A DNA stretch of 64,000 nt from the NCBI GenBank assembly GCA_964276515.1, contig OZ193909.1, forward strand, positions 7,688,001-7,752,000, written 5' to 3'. Numbering within the stretch: position 1 is the first letter of the stretch; each line of letters begins with the position of its first letter. Shown one piece after another: positions 32,258-44,966 of the stretch. A program made the translations under genes and the position numbers. The stretch comes from Gordius albopunctatus. Its lineage: Eukaryota. The notes under the pieces were generated by a model that was given only the letters and a program-made list of their open reading frames with translations, was not told the origin of the DNA and ran no database searches.

Positions 32258-35200
32258 CTAGCTGTGCCCGGTTGCCAAGCGTTGCTTTGGCTTAGTCCTT
32301 AATTCGCTAAATAATTAGTTTGAATTAATAAAACATTTATAGAAAATTTTGGGTCAATCGTTTATGATGTAAAAAAAATAGGAAAAGGGCTACTTATTCA
32401 TAATTAAATAGATTTGTAATAGTTTAAAATACTTATAAGGTATTTGTTAATTTTATATGTTGAAAAGTGCGATGTTAACGATAATATGCATAGTTGGGTA
32501 ACAAAAATTTATAAACCACTGCAATGGTGTATCGAAGTTAGTTATAATGTTAGACAATGTATAGAAAATATTTTAGTAAAGCGTTTATAGTAGTGTAATG
32601 CCATAGCCTAAAATCTATATAGTATCAAAATGAAGAGATATAAAAAGATCCCCTTCAAATTTGGTTAAATGAAGGCTTTTATAATATTTGGTTGAACTGA
32701 GAAGTAATTAGAAATTATACAAATATACGCGAGTAAAATGGAAGCGAAATATTTATGTATGAGAAAAAGTTAGAAATATAGTTATATATCGTTATACCTA
32801 GTAAAACATTGATCAGGTGGAGGTGTTATAGGTGAGGTATGATTATAATAGAAACCAGTATAAAGATAATGACTTAAAAAGTATAAAGTAAAAAAATTGG
32901 TATAATAAGTAAGTTTAGATCTGCAAGTGTAGTTAAAGTTTAAAAAGGGGCTATATTTATAAGGGTAGCCAGCGTTGGAATTAGAGGGGGGGCAATAATG
33001 ATTTAGGCACAAGTAAAATGATAATTTTTTGAAATGCTAAACATAACTTTAATAAATTTAAAAAATTGATTTGGATGGGGGTAGCCACCCCTCCCTGCCT
33101 CTCTCTGGCTACGCCCATGGGTATATTAATATTTTGATTGTACATATACGGTTTTCACTTTACCCGAGAGATGTTAAGATATGCCCGACCCGTCGGGCCA
33201 GGCCTGGTTTCGGATGGCCAAAATAAAAATATGCTTAAATTTACTTAAAAATAAGTTTGAATAAGAATAAAACTGGGAGATTGATATGGTTGGTGGGGAA
33301 GAAACATATTGGTATTAGTAGATAGGCTAAAATGAAGATATATACAGCTATACCTGTTATGGAGTTATAAAATTTAAAAATGAAGATGTCCAGTCAAAAT
33401 CGTGGCTTCTTCAACGTTGCACATCAAGCGTTTAACAGCGAGACGTACACCATTGCAAAGTTTTGGCTGACTGAAATTGCACATCGCGATACTTGGTACG
33501 CCAATTTTTAAATGCAGAATGTGAGGTGGCATCCCTGCGAGATCATTTGAATTGAAAGATTCGAGTGGATAATTTGAGTCATCAATAACAAAAGCAGTGC
33601 CAACCAATTTGTAAGTAATTGGATTGCCTTGAATGTTAGACAGAATGAGATTGTTAAGCTCGTGGACGTCATTATTCTTGGGGGCGAGAATAGCCCGTTG
33701 GCGGAGCCAAAGTCGATCATGATAATGAGCGTTAATATTTGGAAACACTTTATCAACCAAGCAGTTTAGATGGAACAAAATTGCAAATGTTGGTAGGAAA
33801 AGAAATCCGTCCTGAGCATATATCAACGTGCACGGTTCCCTTTCCAATTTCTAGCGATTTTAATGGGAGAATATCTCACATGCGGGATGATTTTGAAATA
33901 CTCCACGTATATTAGTAGTTAGATTTAATGTTTTGACATAAGGCACCAAAATATAATATTTTAGCCAGGCATTAATTTCGTCCGCAGGGGTGGATCGTAA
34001 GAGAACCGGTATAGTTTGCCTGAAATCTCCTGCAAGCAATAACCTTGCGTTACCAACAGGTTTGAGGGTTCTTTGTAAAACTTGCGATTACCGATTAGAG
34101 CGATATAATCCATTGTGCATTCATCCCAAACGATAAGTTTGCACTTTTGTAATATTCTACCCATTCCATATGTTATGGAAATGTTGCACATTAGAGTTTC
34201 ACAATAATAAACGTTTAAAGTCAATTTTTATGCTGGATGAGTAGCTTTTCTACCGTGTAATTATGTTACAGCCCTTCAGGAAGACGCTAGAGCCACGGCT
34301 ATATTAATTTGGGAACGAATAGTTGCCAGAACAATGTCAGTAGGAAAGTTTTACCAGTTCCTCCTCAAGCATCTCAGAATAAAGCTTCTCCATAACCTTT
34401 ATTAACAGCAAGCAAAATCTTATTGCAAATGTCTTTTTGTTGCGTCGTTATCATTGGAACATTAGATCGGATGAAATACAAAAGATCATCTTGGTTGTAT
34501 TTTTGTTTACGATGTAAGTCTATATAAAATGGAGCAGCAGCAGATCGACATAATACAGACATACCCAGTTGATTCAAAGCTTTCTTTCGAATTTGTAAGA
34601 ATAAATCTTATAATATACTTTTTGTAGCAAAAGACAGACCAGGTTTTGGATTAGGTAGGGGGGGGGGGCAAAAACTTTTTAAGTTCAATTAGGGGGGGGG
34701 GGGGCAAAATATAAATTTAAAAAATTTTTAAGGGCTTTTATATTTATTTATTTTTGTCATTGGGGGGGGGGGGGGGGGTATAAACCCAAGGATTATCTAC
34801 CTAGACTATTGCGTTCCGCAGTTGAATGGTTGCCACGCTACCACCATCCTCTGTTGATCTTCTTTTTTATAAAGGATACCCATCACTACCCGTAATCTAA
34901 CTAATGTAGAGCAGACGTTCCGATTCAATTTTGGCTAACATATTACATTGATGGAATAATTGGCGGCATTTTAAATATGATTTTCTTCGTGCTCTCGAAG
35001 CATTATTCTGTATGAATAATAGCTGATATAACTGCATTTTAAGTTTATCGGTTAACCATTGTCTGCATCAGAGACCAGAAATGCCCGGCCCGCCTCGCTG
35101 CCCGCCCGACCCGGCCCACGGGCCGGGCAACTGCCTTAAATTTTAATTTTCGGGCGGGCCCGGGCGGACACACTAATAAGATTCGGGCGATTCGGGCATG

Positions 35201-36965
35201 CCCAAAATTTTATCAAATTAATTTTCCTTAAAAAAAGAAAAATTCGCTTATAAACAATTTTGGGCCATAATAAATTTGACTAGATTTTTTTTCATCACTT
35301 AAATCTTCATTGTACGTTTATATAATGTCCTAATTTCAATTTCTTCAAAATTAAATTTTATTTCGAATAAATTAGTTTAACTGGTTTGTCTCAAGATCAA
35401 AAATTTTTAATTTTCAGATTATATTATAAAAGAATAAAATTACAACGATTTAAACTGCAATGGGCGTAGACAAGGGGAGGAGCAGGAAGGGGCAGCTGCC
35501 CCTCTCTAAACTCAAAAATTTGTTAAAATGTATTAAAATTATTTTCAAAAAATGATCATTTTGCCCCTCCCTAAATCATTATTGCCCCCCTCTAATTTTA
35601 ATGCCCGCCACGCCCTTGTAAACTGCTACTCTAATCTAATACTATGGAAGAAACCATTTTACTCTCTGGTACTAAATTATTTTATTAAATTTTTATCACG
35701 TTCAGTTAAATCTTTGCCCTATTCCATTATGGAAAGGATGGGATTATTTATGTAGCCAAAGCCATTTCATTGTTCGCAACGCAATACACTACAAATGTGT
35801 GCCGTCTAGACTTAACAAAGGCTCATGCCATTTTCTAACAATGCGCATAATTGTAATTCATTTAATTTCTTAACAACTAAAAAAACACGGTGGAAAAATA
35901 AAGCAAACAAGCCACATTAAAGTTATTAAAAATTATAACTATTTTAGGTATCCTAAATTATACAAAAAATACTCTTTGCCATCCCGGCGACGAGTGCTGC
36001 TAGTGAAAGAAGTTTTTCTATCGCAGGAAGATTAATAGAGGAAAGACACACAAGATTATCCTCGGAAATTGTCGACGATTTGTTATTATTACATAATAAT
36101 TATGAATAATAAAATATTGTCATCTTTGTTTGGATCAATATACCATTAATTTAATGCTTATTTTGTAATAGTGGTTGAAAGATTTTGGGATTGGATAATT
36201 TGGGTCTACCGGGAAAATTTTATTAATCAGGCCGGGCAGCTCTAATGGTTTGGGCATGGCTGAGCCGACACTTAGAAGGCTTCAGGCGGGCAATTTAGTT
36301 AAAAATTTGGACCGGGCCGGGTTCGGGCAGAAAAATCTAAACTACTCCGACCTCTTTTTGGGACCTCATAAATTCGGGACTAACGGGCAAATTTAATATT
36401 TCGGGCCGGGCGATTCGGGCAGCTTTGACGATTCGGGCGGGCTACGGCGGACACTTAGATGGGTTCGGGTGGGCAATGAAGTTAAAAAATTGAATCGGGC
36501 CGGGTTCGGGCAGAAAATTCCCAACAAATCTGACCTCTGGTCTGCATTTATCACCGTTAAAGTAATCTTTTTGTACTTTTACTCGAAACGTGAGAATGTT
36601 TCTCAAAGCGCGCCTTATATTTATTTAAGAAAATGGTATGAGGTGAGAACAGGAGGGTATTAGGGCAGTGGAAAAACGAGTTTTACGGTATCGAGAATAT
36701 TTATTTGTTACAGCTTTATATATTGTAAAAAAACAGGCGTAGTTGAGTAAATAATTGAAACACAAATGACAAAGCTATTGTGGAAAAAGTTTAAGGCAAA
36801 AAGTAACACCATAACGGATAAATAAGTACAAAAAATATAGTATCTCTCGTCCGTTAGATGGCGGTATACACTACCAAAAAACAGGGTTACGGCTGTCGCA
36901 GGTCGATAAAAAGAAAAGTATATATAAACCATTTCGGATACTAAGGCAATGATCTGACCAAATTA
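32258..36965 (-). mobile_element. Decayed Helitron (Helitron 3), interrupted by MITE and hAT insertions
   Basis: 3' GCCAA..TTGGC hairpin plus CTAG at 32258. Degenerate helicase 33374-34620 (RAILAPKN, KLCNG, IVWDECTM). Rep remnants 34850-35060 (GSDGYPL, KIESERL). 5'-region homology to Helitron 1 at 36840-36965. Right boundary approximate. Confidence 0.8.
35069..36539 (+). mobile_element. Non-autonomous hAT element (CAGAG family), full copy
   Basis: TIR CAGAGACCAGA/TCTGACCTCTG. Perfect TSD GTCTGCAT. CGGGC subterminal repeats. Dimerisation-domain exon remnant at about 35950-36110. Confidence 0.92.
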
Positions 36966-37910
36966 CTTTCTTTCAAAAAAAAGGTGTAGTAAATAAGATT
37001 GTTTTTTCATTAGCTTAAAAAAATTTACTTTAAAATATCTCTGCAAAATTTGGCTAGCTTTTATCCAATATATTGATATTAATGAAAAACATATGCAAAT
37101 ATTACTTTATTCCAAAAAAGGTGTAGTAAATAAGATAGTTTTTTATTAGCTAACAAAATTTACTCTAAAATATCTCTGCAAAATTTGGCTAGCTTTTATC
37201 AAATATATTGATATTAAATATGAAAAAACATATGCATATTACTTTCTACCAAAAAAAATCATTTCATTTTTTCATTAGCTTAACAAAATTTACTTTAAAA
37301 TATCTCTGCAAAATTTGGCTAGCTTTTATTCAATATATTGATGAAAAAATATATGCAAATATTACTTTCTTCCAAAAAAGGTGTAGTAAATAAGATAGTT
37401 TTTTATTAGCTAACAAAATTTACTTTAAAATATCTCTGCAAAATTTGGCTAGCTTTTATTCAATATATTGATGAAAAAATATATGCAAATATTACTTTCT
37501 TCCAAAAAAGGTGTAGTAAATAAGATAGTTTTTCATTAGCTTAACAAAATTTACTTTAAAATATCTGCAAAATTTGGCTAGCTTTTATCCAATATATTGA
37601 TATTAAATATGAAAAAACATATGCAAATATTACTTTATTCCAAAAAAACGTGTAGTAAATAAGATATTTCTTTCATTAGCTTAACAAAATTTACTTTAAA
37701 ATATTTCTTCAAATTACTTTATTCCAAAAAAAGATTGTTTTTCCATTAGGTTAACAAAATTTACTTTAAAATATCTCTGCAAAATTTGGCTAGTTTTTAT
37801 CCAATTTATTGATATTAAATATGAAAAAACATATGCAAATACTATTACTTTCTTCCAAATGGCTAGCTTTTATCCACATATGCAATTGTTACTTTCTTCC
37901 AAAAAATAAT
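36960..37910. repeat. Tandem repeat, about 120-135 bp unit, about 7 copies
   Basis: Repeated ATTACTTT..TCCAAAAAAGGTGTAGTAAATAAGAT..AAAATATCTCTGCAAAATTTGGCTAGCTTTTAT. Confidence 0.9.
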
Positions 37911-38033
37911 TACCGAACTTAATAAAAATGGAAAAAAAGAACGAAACGTGGGAATGTTTCTTAAAGCGCGCTTTATATTTAATTAAGTGTCTGAATACGT
38001 GTATTTGTACATCATTTCCTACAGATTATATTA

Positions 38034-38315
38034 TTAATTGCTATGCAATTTATGGGCTCGCTTTTTGTTGTCCGTCCGTCCGTCCTATGTCCTCCAATGT
38101 ATTTATACTGGCTTTCTGACTTGCAGGTTCAAGTTCAATCCCCGGAGAGGACAAATTTAATTATATTTTGTTAATTGTTAATACCATTGATTATATGACT
38201 TTATGACCTTCAGCTGGCTACTGACCAATGGAAAAATGACCATTAGCCAAATTGTGATCGAAATTTTAATTTTCGTTTTTGAATTGGTTATCATTGATAA
38301 TTACCCTATGCCCTT
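38034..38315 (+). mobile_element. 5' portion of B-box-repeat (DINE-1/HINE-like) element
   Basis: TTAATTGCTATGCAATTTATGGGCTCG, (GTCC)4, GTTCAATCCCCGGAGAGGAC. This is the uninterrupted version of the head split at 13450/15686. Confidence 0.7.
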
Positions 38316-38369
38316 ATATATATATAGATTTATATTCATGTTTACGATCTTAAATTAATATATTAGTTT

Positions 38370-38830
38370 TAACCCTTTTTCTCACCCGAGGGAAGGGGGG
38401 GGGGGTGTGATTTGCCCCCCACCCTTATTTTTTCACCCCCTCCCCCCCCCCTCTTTTTTCACTTCCCCTTATTTTTCACCCTCTTTATCATCCGGGGGGG
38501 GTGTGTGATTTGTCCCCCTCCATCCTTATTTTCAATTCTTTTCTCACCAGGGAAGAAGAGAGGGGGGGATTGCCCCCCCCCCTATTTTTTCACTCCCCCT
38601 TATTTTTCACCCTCTTTCTTACCTGGAGGGCGAGTGATTTACCCCGCCCCCCTCCCCTAGGCTAAGGAAGAAGGTAAAAGGGGGGGGGGGGCAAAGTTAT
38701 GAAGGAGGGTAAAAAAAAGGCGGGGACAAATCACCCACCCCCGGCGGGAAAGAGGGTAAAAAGGTGGGGGAGGGGTGATAAAGAGGGTGAAAGAAGGGCC
38801 CCCCTCCCGGTTAAGAAAGAGGGTAAAAAA
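38370..38830. repeat. G/C-tract-rich imperfect foldback repeat
   Basis: Left half repeats TTTTCACCCTCTTT and GTGATTTGCCCCC; right half carries the complements AAAGAGGGTGAAA and GGGGACAAATCAC. Confidence 0.55.
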
Positions 38831-39585
38831 GAAATATAATAGTTTGTCTCAAAAATTTTATGTATTTTATTCTTAATATTTAAATAATTTTATTTTATTA
38901 TACATAAGCTAAAATATTTAATTGTTTATACAAAGCATTTTTTATCATATGACATAAGTTTCCACTTGTAATTATATAAAAACTAGCTGACCCAGCAAAC
39001 GTTGTTTTGCTATATATATATCATTAGATGAACCCGGCAAACGTTGTTTTGCCATTTACCCGGGTGTATTAAATTATGTTGGAATTTTAGGGCATATATG
39101 ATGATAAAGCGGTTATTGAAGTAAAAATAAAGTTTGCTAATTTTTAAACAAATAGTTAAAGAGGGTCCAAGGCCCAGGCCCACACAAGAGAGAAAACCTG
39201 GCCCCATGCCCCCCCCCAAGGGAAAAATCTTTGACCCCCTGGCCCTTCAAGCAATTTTTATATATTTTTTTGTAAAACTGAGATATATCAACATTTATTG
39301 CCACTTTGTTAAAAGTATTTTCATTTTTCTCCTTATTTAACGCGCAAAAAATGATATAAGATGAGATTTTTTAATTTATTTAGCCACGCACGACCGTCCT
39401 ATAATAATAATTGACGTTAAAAATAAGCAAAAAATGACTTTGATTTAATGTTTCAAATCGTAAAAAGTTTCCATTTTCCGCAGCACATGCATACATTTAT
39501 CACACTACACTACCTACACGCATGACGTTTTAGAAAATACTATAAGCAATAGTATTGCTTATTATTAAAAAACTGTATATTCAAA

Positions 39586-40214
39586 TTAATTGCTATTTAT
39601 GGACTCACTTTCCATTTTCCGATGTCTTGTCACGCACCGAATGTCATGCACAGGATGTCTTGGCACGCTTTTCGTCGTGTTTACCATCGAGACCGCTTGA
39701 AAGTGGGTTCGAATCCCGGGGAGGCCAATTTTTTTTAAAGTTTTTTAAAAATAATATATTGTTCTTGTTAATACCATTGATAATATGGCTTTTTGGCCGT
39801 CCGCTGGCTGCTGACCAATGAAAGAAATGACCATTGGCCAAATTGAGGTTCGAATCCCGGGGAGGCCAAATTTTTTTTAAATTTTTTTTAAAACTAATAT
39901 ATTTTTCTTGTTAATACCATTGATAATATGACTTTTTGGCTGTCCCCTGGATGCTGACCAATGAAAAAATGACCATTGCCCAAATTGTGAATCGAAATTT
40001 TTTTTTCCGTTTTTTTACTTTTATGGTACTGACCAATGGAACAATTTCACACCTGTAAATTTTTTGAGATATACTTACGATGCCTGTGACATTTTTAGAT
40101 CCGCGGTAGTAACAGGCAACAGCGGAGCTATTGCATGTCGATGCTCATTGTGACATTTTGTGATGCACGGTTGTAACAGGCAATAGCGGACCTATTGCAT
40201 GTCGCTGCTCGTTT
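39586..40214 (+). mobile_element. B-box-repeat (DINE-1/HINE-like) element copy
   Basis: TTAATTGCTAT head. Two GGTTCGAATCCCGGGGAGGCC units. Possible 3' hairpin GCAATAG-CGGAC-CTATTGC followed by CTCGTTT. Confidence 0.55.
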
Positions 40215-40654
40215 CTTTGCAAGCCTTTTTTATTATTCTCCATTAATAAAGTAAATTTTTTAATTTTGTTTTTTTTTAATTATTACAGGGTTAAAATCTG
40301 TAAAATGCAACAATGTAAGACGTCATATGACGTCATCTGTAAAATGTAACAATTTAAATAATCTTTCATATATAAAGGAAAGGCTGTTAAGGCAATAAGT
40401 AGCACCATTACGATAAATATTTATAAAAATGTTGTATCTTTCGTCCGCTAGATGCTATTAAACACCAACAAATAACTAGAGATGTAAAGTTGCTATTATG
40501 TTTCAACTTGGACGGAGCATAATAGCTACCATATGTGCTTGGACGCATAAGCTCTGTCATCAAGAGGGGTAAAATGCTTAAGAGGTTAAGTTATAACAGC
40601 AAATACAAACTCAAGCAGAAGGAATGAGGCGGGATGAATAACTTTAAATAAAAG

Positions 40655-43445
40655 TAGTTTTGTGCGAGCAATTGCTGATTAGCAAGCTGCTCATCCATTT
40701 TGCTCAACGAATGTGTTAATTAATTATGTGATATATCGCAATTAATCTGCTCAGCAAATGTATTGGAATGGTGGAAAATGAATGAGACACGCTTTCCGGC
40801 ACTCAGCAAAATGGCTAGAGACTGTTTAGGGCAGTCCACCACTTCAGTTCCGGGTGAACGAATGTTTTCCTTGGCAGGAAATATTTTTACAGCTAGAAGA
40901 AATCGTTTGTCCTCAAATACGATTACCCAAATTATGTGTGTAAAGTCTTGGGGAAATGTTAATTTGAAATAATATTAGTTGTAATTTATGTGTATTTTTG
41001 GTGACATTTAATAAAATAATAATGCTGATTTGGTGTCAATACTTTAATTTGAACTAGAAACAGATATAAAACATCTAAATCAAATATATGTAAATAAAAT
41101 AAAAATATTTTTGCCATGTTTTAAACAATAAATTTCAAAATCTTTTGCAAAAAAAATATTACATTCTAACCTGGCTTAAAAGACCATATTAAAAATGTCA
41201 AAAAATTTATTAGCATTTGGGTGAGACAGAAAATTAAAAAATTTATAATGCCAAAAATTTTCATGTATAAAATATTTTTTAATATCATTAAGCTATTTTA
41301 GCCATATATAAAGAATATTCTATAAAGCGAAATTTCCCACTTTTTATAAAACTTTGCATTGTGACCTGGACTAAAAATATTATTAAATATAAATTTAGAA
41401 ACATTAAGTCATATTTAGAATGTCAAAAAAATATTTATACAATAAAATATAATTTCACCATTTATAAAAAATAAATTATTAAAAATCATTTTAGATATAT
41501 ATAATTATATTCGAAAAAAATATTAGTTCGTACCTTTAATAAAATTTTAACATTGACACCTGTTCTTAAAAACGATAAAATATAAAGTTAAACCATATTA
41601 AAATTGTCAAACAGATTATTACCACCTGGGTGAGACAGAAAATTAAAAAATTTATAATTAAATAATTTTTTTTAATTTTTGGCATGTATAAAAAATAAAT
41701 TATAAGATCATTAACAAAAAAATTTGATCTTAAAAAAATTTTACCCCCCCCCCGCCTTTAGGAAATCCGACTTACGCCTATTCAAATAGCCACAATAATT
41801 GTTGAACAACAGAATGTACTGTGTTAAAACTAAGGACGCTTTAATTAGAACATTATGTTATGAGCAGTTTAGATAATCAGAGTTGTTAAGGAGCGCGCAC
41901 ATCAAGAGCGCGCACCGGGTGCGCGCACCGGATTTGCGGTGCGACGTGCTGGTGCGCGCACTTTTTTATAACGAAGGGCGAGTGCGGGTGCGCGCACCTG
42001 CTTAAGTCGGTGCGGGTGCGCAATTGCGCTCCTGTTTTGCGCACATTAAGAGTTTTACAATTTACTAATTTATTCGAAATTGTATTATATCGCATATTTC
42101 ACAAATTAAATTTCTACTGATTTACTATATATATATAACATACATCTATGTTCCTGGTGGAGAAGATAACAAGGCGGGAAATTGGTTACTATCGATAGGC
42201 AATAAAAATAATCTAATCGCGAAATTTTAATTTCACATTACTCTCGTATTTACTTTATCAATCAACGATTAATCTTTACACTTTTGATTTTTTAACCTAT
42301 ATTTGCTATCGTAAGTTTAATCACATATAATGATCTAATTACAATTAATTTTCATTAAAATATATTAAATTAGTTAATTAATTTTAATTAACAATTTATA
42401 TTATTTATTGTATTGGTTATCATAGTACTCCTTATCCAATTTTTTACTCTTTTCTTTTCTCACTGCTTATATATAACACTTTAATATGATAGTGAGTTAT
42501 GGAAATAGAAGAATCAAGCATAAATATAGCAAGCACATCATGCATGACAATTTTGCCATTTCCGAAATATGCCTGTTTTTTTAAACTTAAAGATAATCAG
42601 CATAATACACTTAATTTTGAGGTGCAATGTCTTTTATGCAATGCCAAACTCAAGACTTCTTCTAGATCTTGTTTCAATTTGACTAGGCATCTAAAGGTAA
42701 TCTTGTTACTTATTTTATAAAAAATTTATAGAGATTTCATAATAGTACATTACAAAAGCTAACAAATGACAATAAGAAAAAGAAAGTCTTAGATAAATCT
42801 AACCAGAATATTTTAAACTTTACTAAAGAGGTAAGTCGGGAAGAAGCCTTGGTGAATTATGTCATCAACACAATTCAGCCTCTTTCAATTGTGGATAATC
42901 CATCCTTTAGAAAGCTAGTAAGTGCTTTCTCAAAATCTCCTGTTGATGTCATGTGTCGACAGACATTGACATCTAGAATCACTTGTAGGTTTATAATTAT
43001 AATAAATTCATTAGTTTTTTGCATTAGACAAAATAAAGGTTATGCATTAAACATTGCTCTATATTTTGTTTTGTTATAGTGCAATAAAATTTTAGGTGCG
43101 GGTGCGAGTGCGCGCACCTTTGTTAAAACTGGTGCGAGTGCGAGTGCCCGCACCGGATTTTCCTCAATGTGCGAGTGCGCGCACCGGTTTTTGAGGTGAG
43201 TTTAACAACTCTGAGATAAACTGCTTGCTCATAGCATTTGCTCATATGAAATATTTTATTCAATTTATAATGCTGCTCAGGCAGACAGCTCTATACATGA
43301 GTTACTTTTTGCTACTACCCCTTCGCCTCTCGAGCATTGTCATCTAGTACATCAACAGCCTCATGAGTAGAGTAGGATACACAGTGCGTGTGAGGGGGCA
43401 GAGCTCACAGTGAGCAATGCTCATTGGAGCAAATCACCATCACTA
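40655..43445 (+). mobile_element. hAT remnant (TGCTCA subterminal motifs) with dimerisation-domain ORF
   Basis: ORF 40763-40972 EWWK..FPALSKMARDCLG..TSVPGERMFS. Right end CATCACTA at 43445; left TIR not clear. Confidence 0.65.
41878..43213 (+). mobile_element. Internally deleted hAT element encoding a BED zinc finger N-terminus
   Basis: 12-bp TIR CAGAGTTGTTAA/TTAACAACTCTG. GCGCAC subterminal repeats. VQCLLC...NLTRHLK | 35-nt intron 42697-42731 | RFH...LVNYVINTIQPLSIVDNPSFRKLV. TSD imperfect (AGATAA). Confidence 0.88.
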
Positions 43446-44966
43446 CAAATAACAGGTTTAGAGCTGTCGCAGGTCCATAAATTATGTTTGTAGTAACAAT
43501 ATCCAACAATAATTTATCAGTACAGGTATTTGGAATTTCTGCATATATTAAACTATCGATGTCTTCAGGAGATATTTTGTCGATGAACTAAATCAAAATA
43601 TGAGCATGTGCTAATCCTCGCATTTACCACTAATTCAAATACATCCAGCAACGTGTGGGGCCAAATATTATTGCTGATATCTTAATAAATAGAATACTTT
43701 TAATTAAAGATTATTTACATTGTTGCATTTTATGACGTCATGAAGTTGCGTATGATTGACATTTTATTAAGTGATTTCCGGATTTTACAGTATCCCTTAT
43801 GACGTCTTTATTAAGTGTCAAAACGTATAAACCAAAAAAACTTGACCATTTTATTACTTAGGTCGATAAAATATATAAATAAACCATCTAGGATGCTACG
43901 GCAATGATCTGGCCAAATTTTGTGGCAATCGGTCGAGAACTTTAGGAGTTATTAGAGAACAAAGAAAACGGAGTTACACTTATATATATAGATTATAATC
44001 AAAATTTTAAATAAATATAGAGTATATATAGAATACCATTATAACTTTCAAATAATTGATTCTTTCAACATGGCGGTCAAAACTGGCATCATTTTTTAAA
44101 GGGAAGGAGCAGTCTATTTAGTCTATGATAACGAATAATTTATCAAAGAAAGAATGACTTTATAGTCTATAAATGATATTATAGATTAAGATCAGCGGAA
44201 GTGGTAGGATCATATTTAAAGGAAAAACGAGAATAATGATTTTGCCTAGGCGTTGAGATGAAGTTGTCAAAGTTGATAGCTAGGGAGATAATTGGAACAT
44301 GGCCCTTAGCTTAGCCGATAAAAATTAAATAAACAGACTTCACGACTGTGTGACTAAAGACACGATAAAGGAAAAGATGAAGAAGTTTGACCAAAAATGG
44401 AAACACTGGTCTTCAAAGAAAATCAGTTAGAAAACGGATAGCATATGTTTATAAATTCTTAAAAATACGAATATTTTTTGTTTTTTCCTACACTCCAAGT
44501 TTTTGAAATAATTCCGTTCAAAGCAAAAATAGGTGTTTTTGCCATTTTTTAAGGGTTTATACAAACAAATAGATGAATTTTAACATAAAAAAGTTCTATG
44601 GTGTAAACCAACTTACTCAAACTTAAAAAAATTCTTTTGTGTTATCTCAAATTGTTTTAAAATGATATAAATAACTCACATACTCCGTAAATTTTATTTC
44701 GTGAAATCGCCACAAACTTATAGCCCCCCCCCCCTTCACTATCACCTTTAATTTTATCTGTATGTAACTATGGTAGACGACACTGTATGTAATGTGGGTG
44801 GTTGTTGCATAATTACTACAATTACTACTATACGCTTCACCTTCATAATATTCAATTTCCTTCTTCTTACTCTCCTTCCCACTCCCTTCTCTCTTCCCAC
44901 ACTTGCATATGTCTAAGTTTTAATGTAAAATTTATTTTTAAATTTTTATACAGGCATATGCAGGGG

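Larger units (their letters stand above)
38983..43992 (-). mobile_element. Composite non-autonomous Helitron (termini and Rep fragment) carrying nested inserts
   Basis: 3' hairpin plus CTAG|T at 38983, with a second degraded hairpin at about 39024-39053. 5' A|TCTATATATATAAG at 43992. Rep HUH-region remnant at 43485-43670. That both ends belong to one element is inferred. Confidence 0.55.

Noticed and set aside
44190..44410. Possible decayed LINE 3' end
   Set aside because: Only faint resemblance, with many stops; not supportable by eye.
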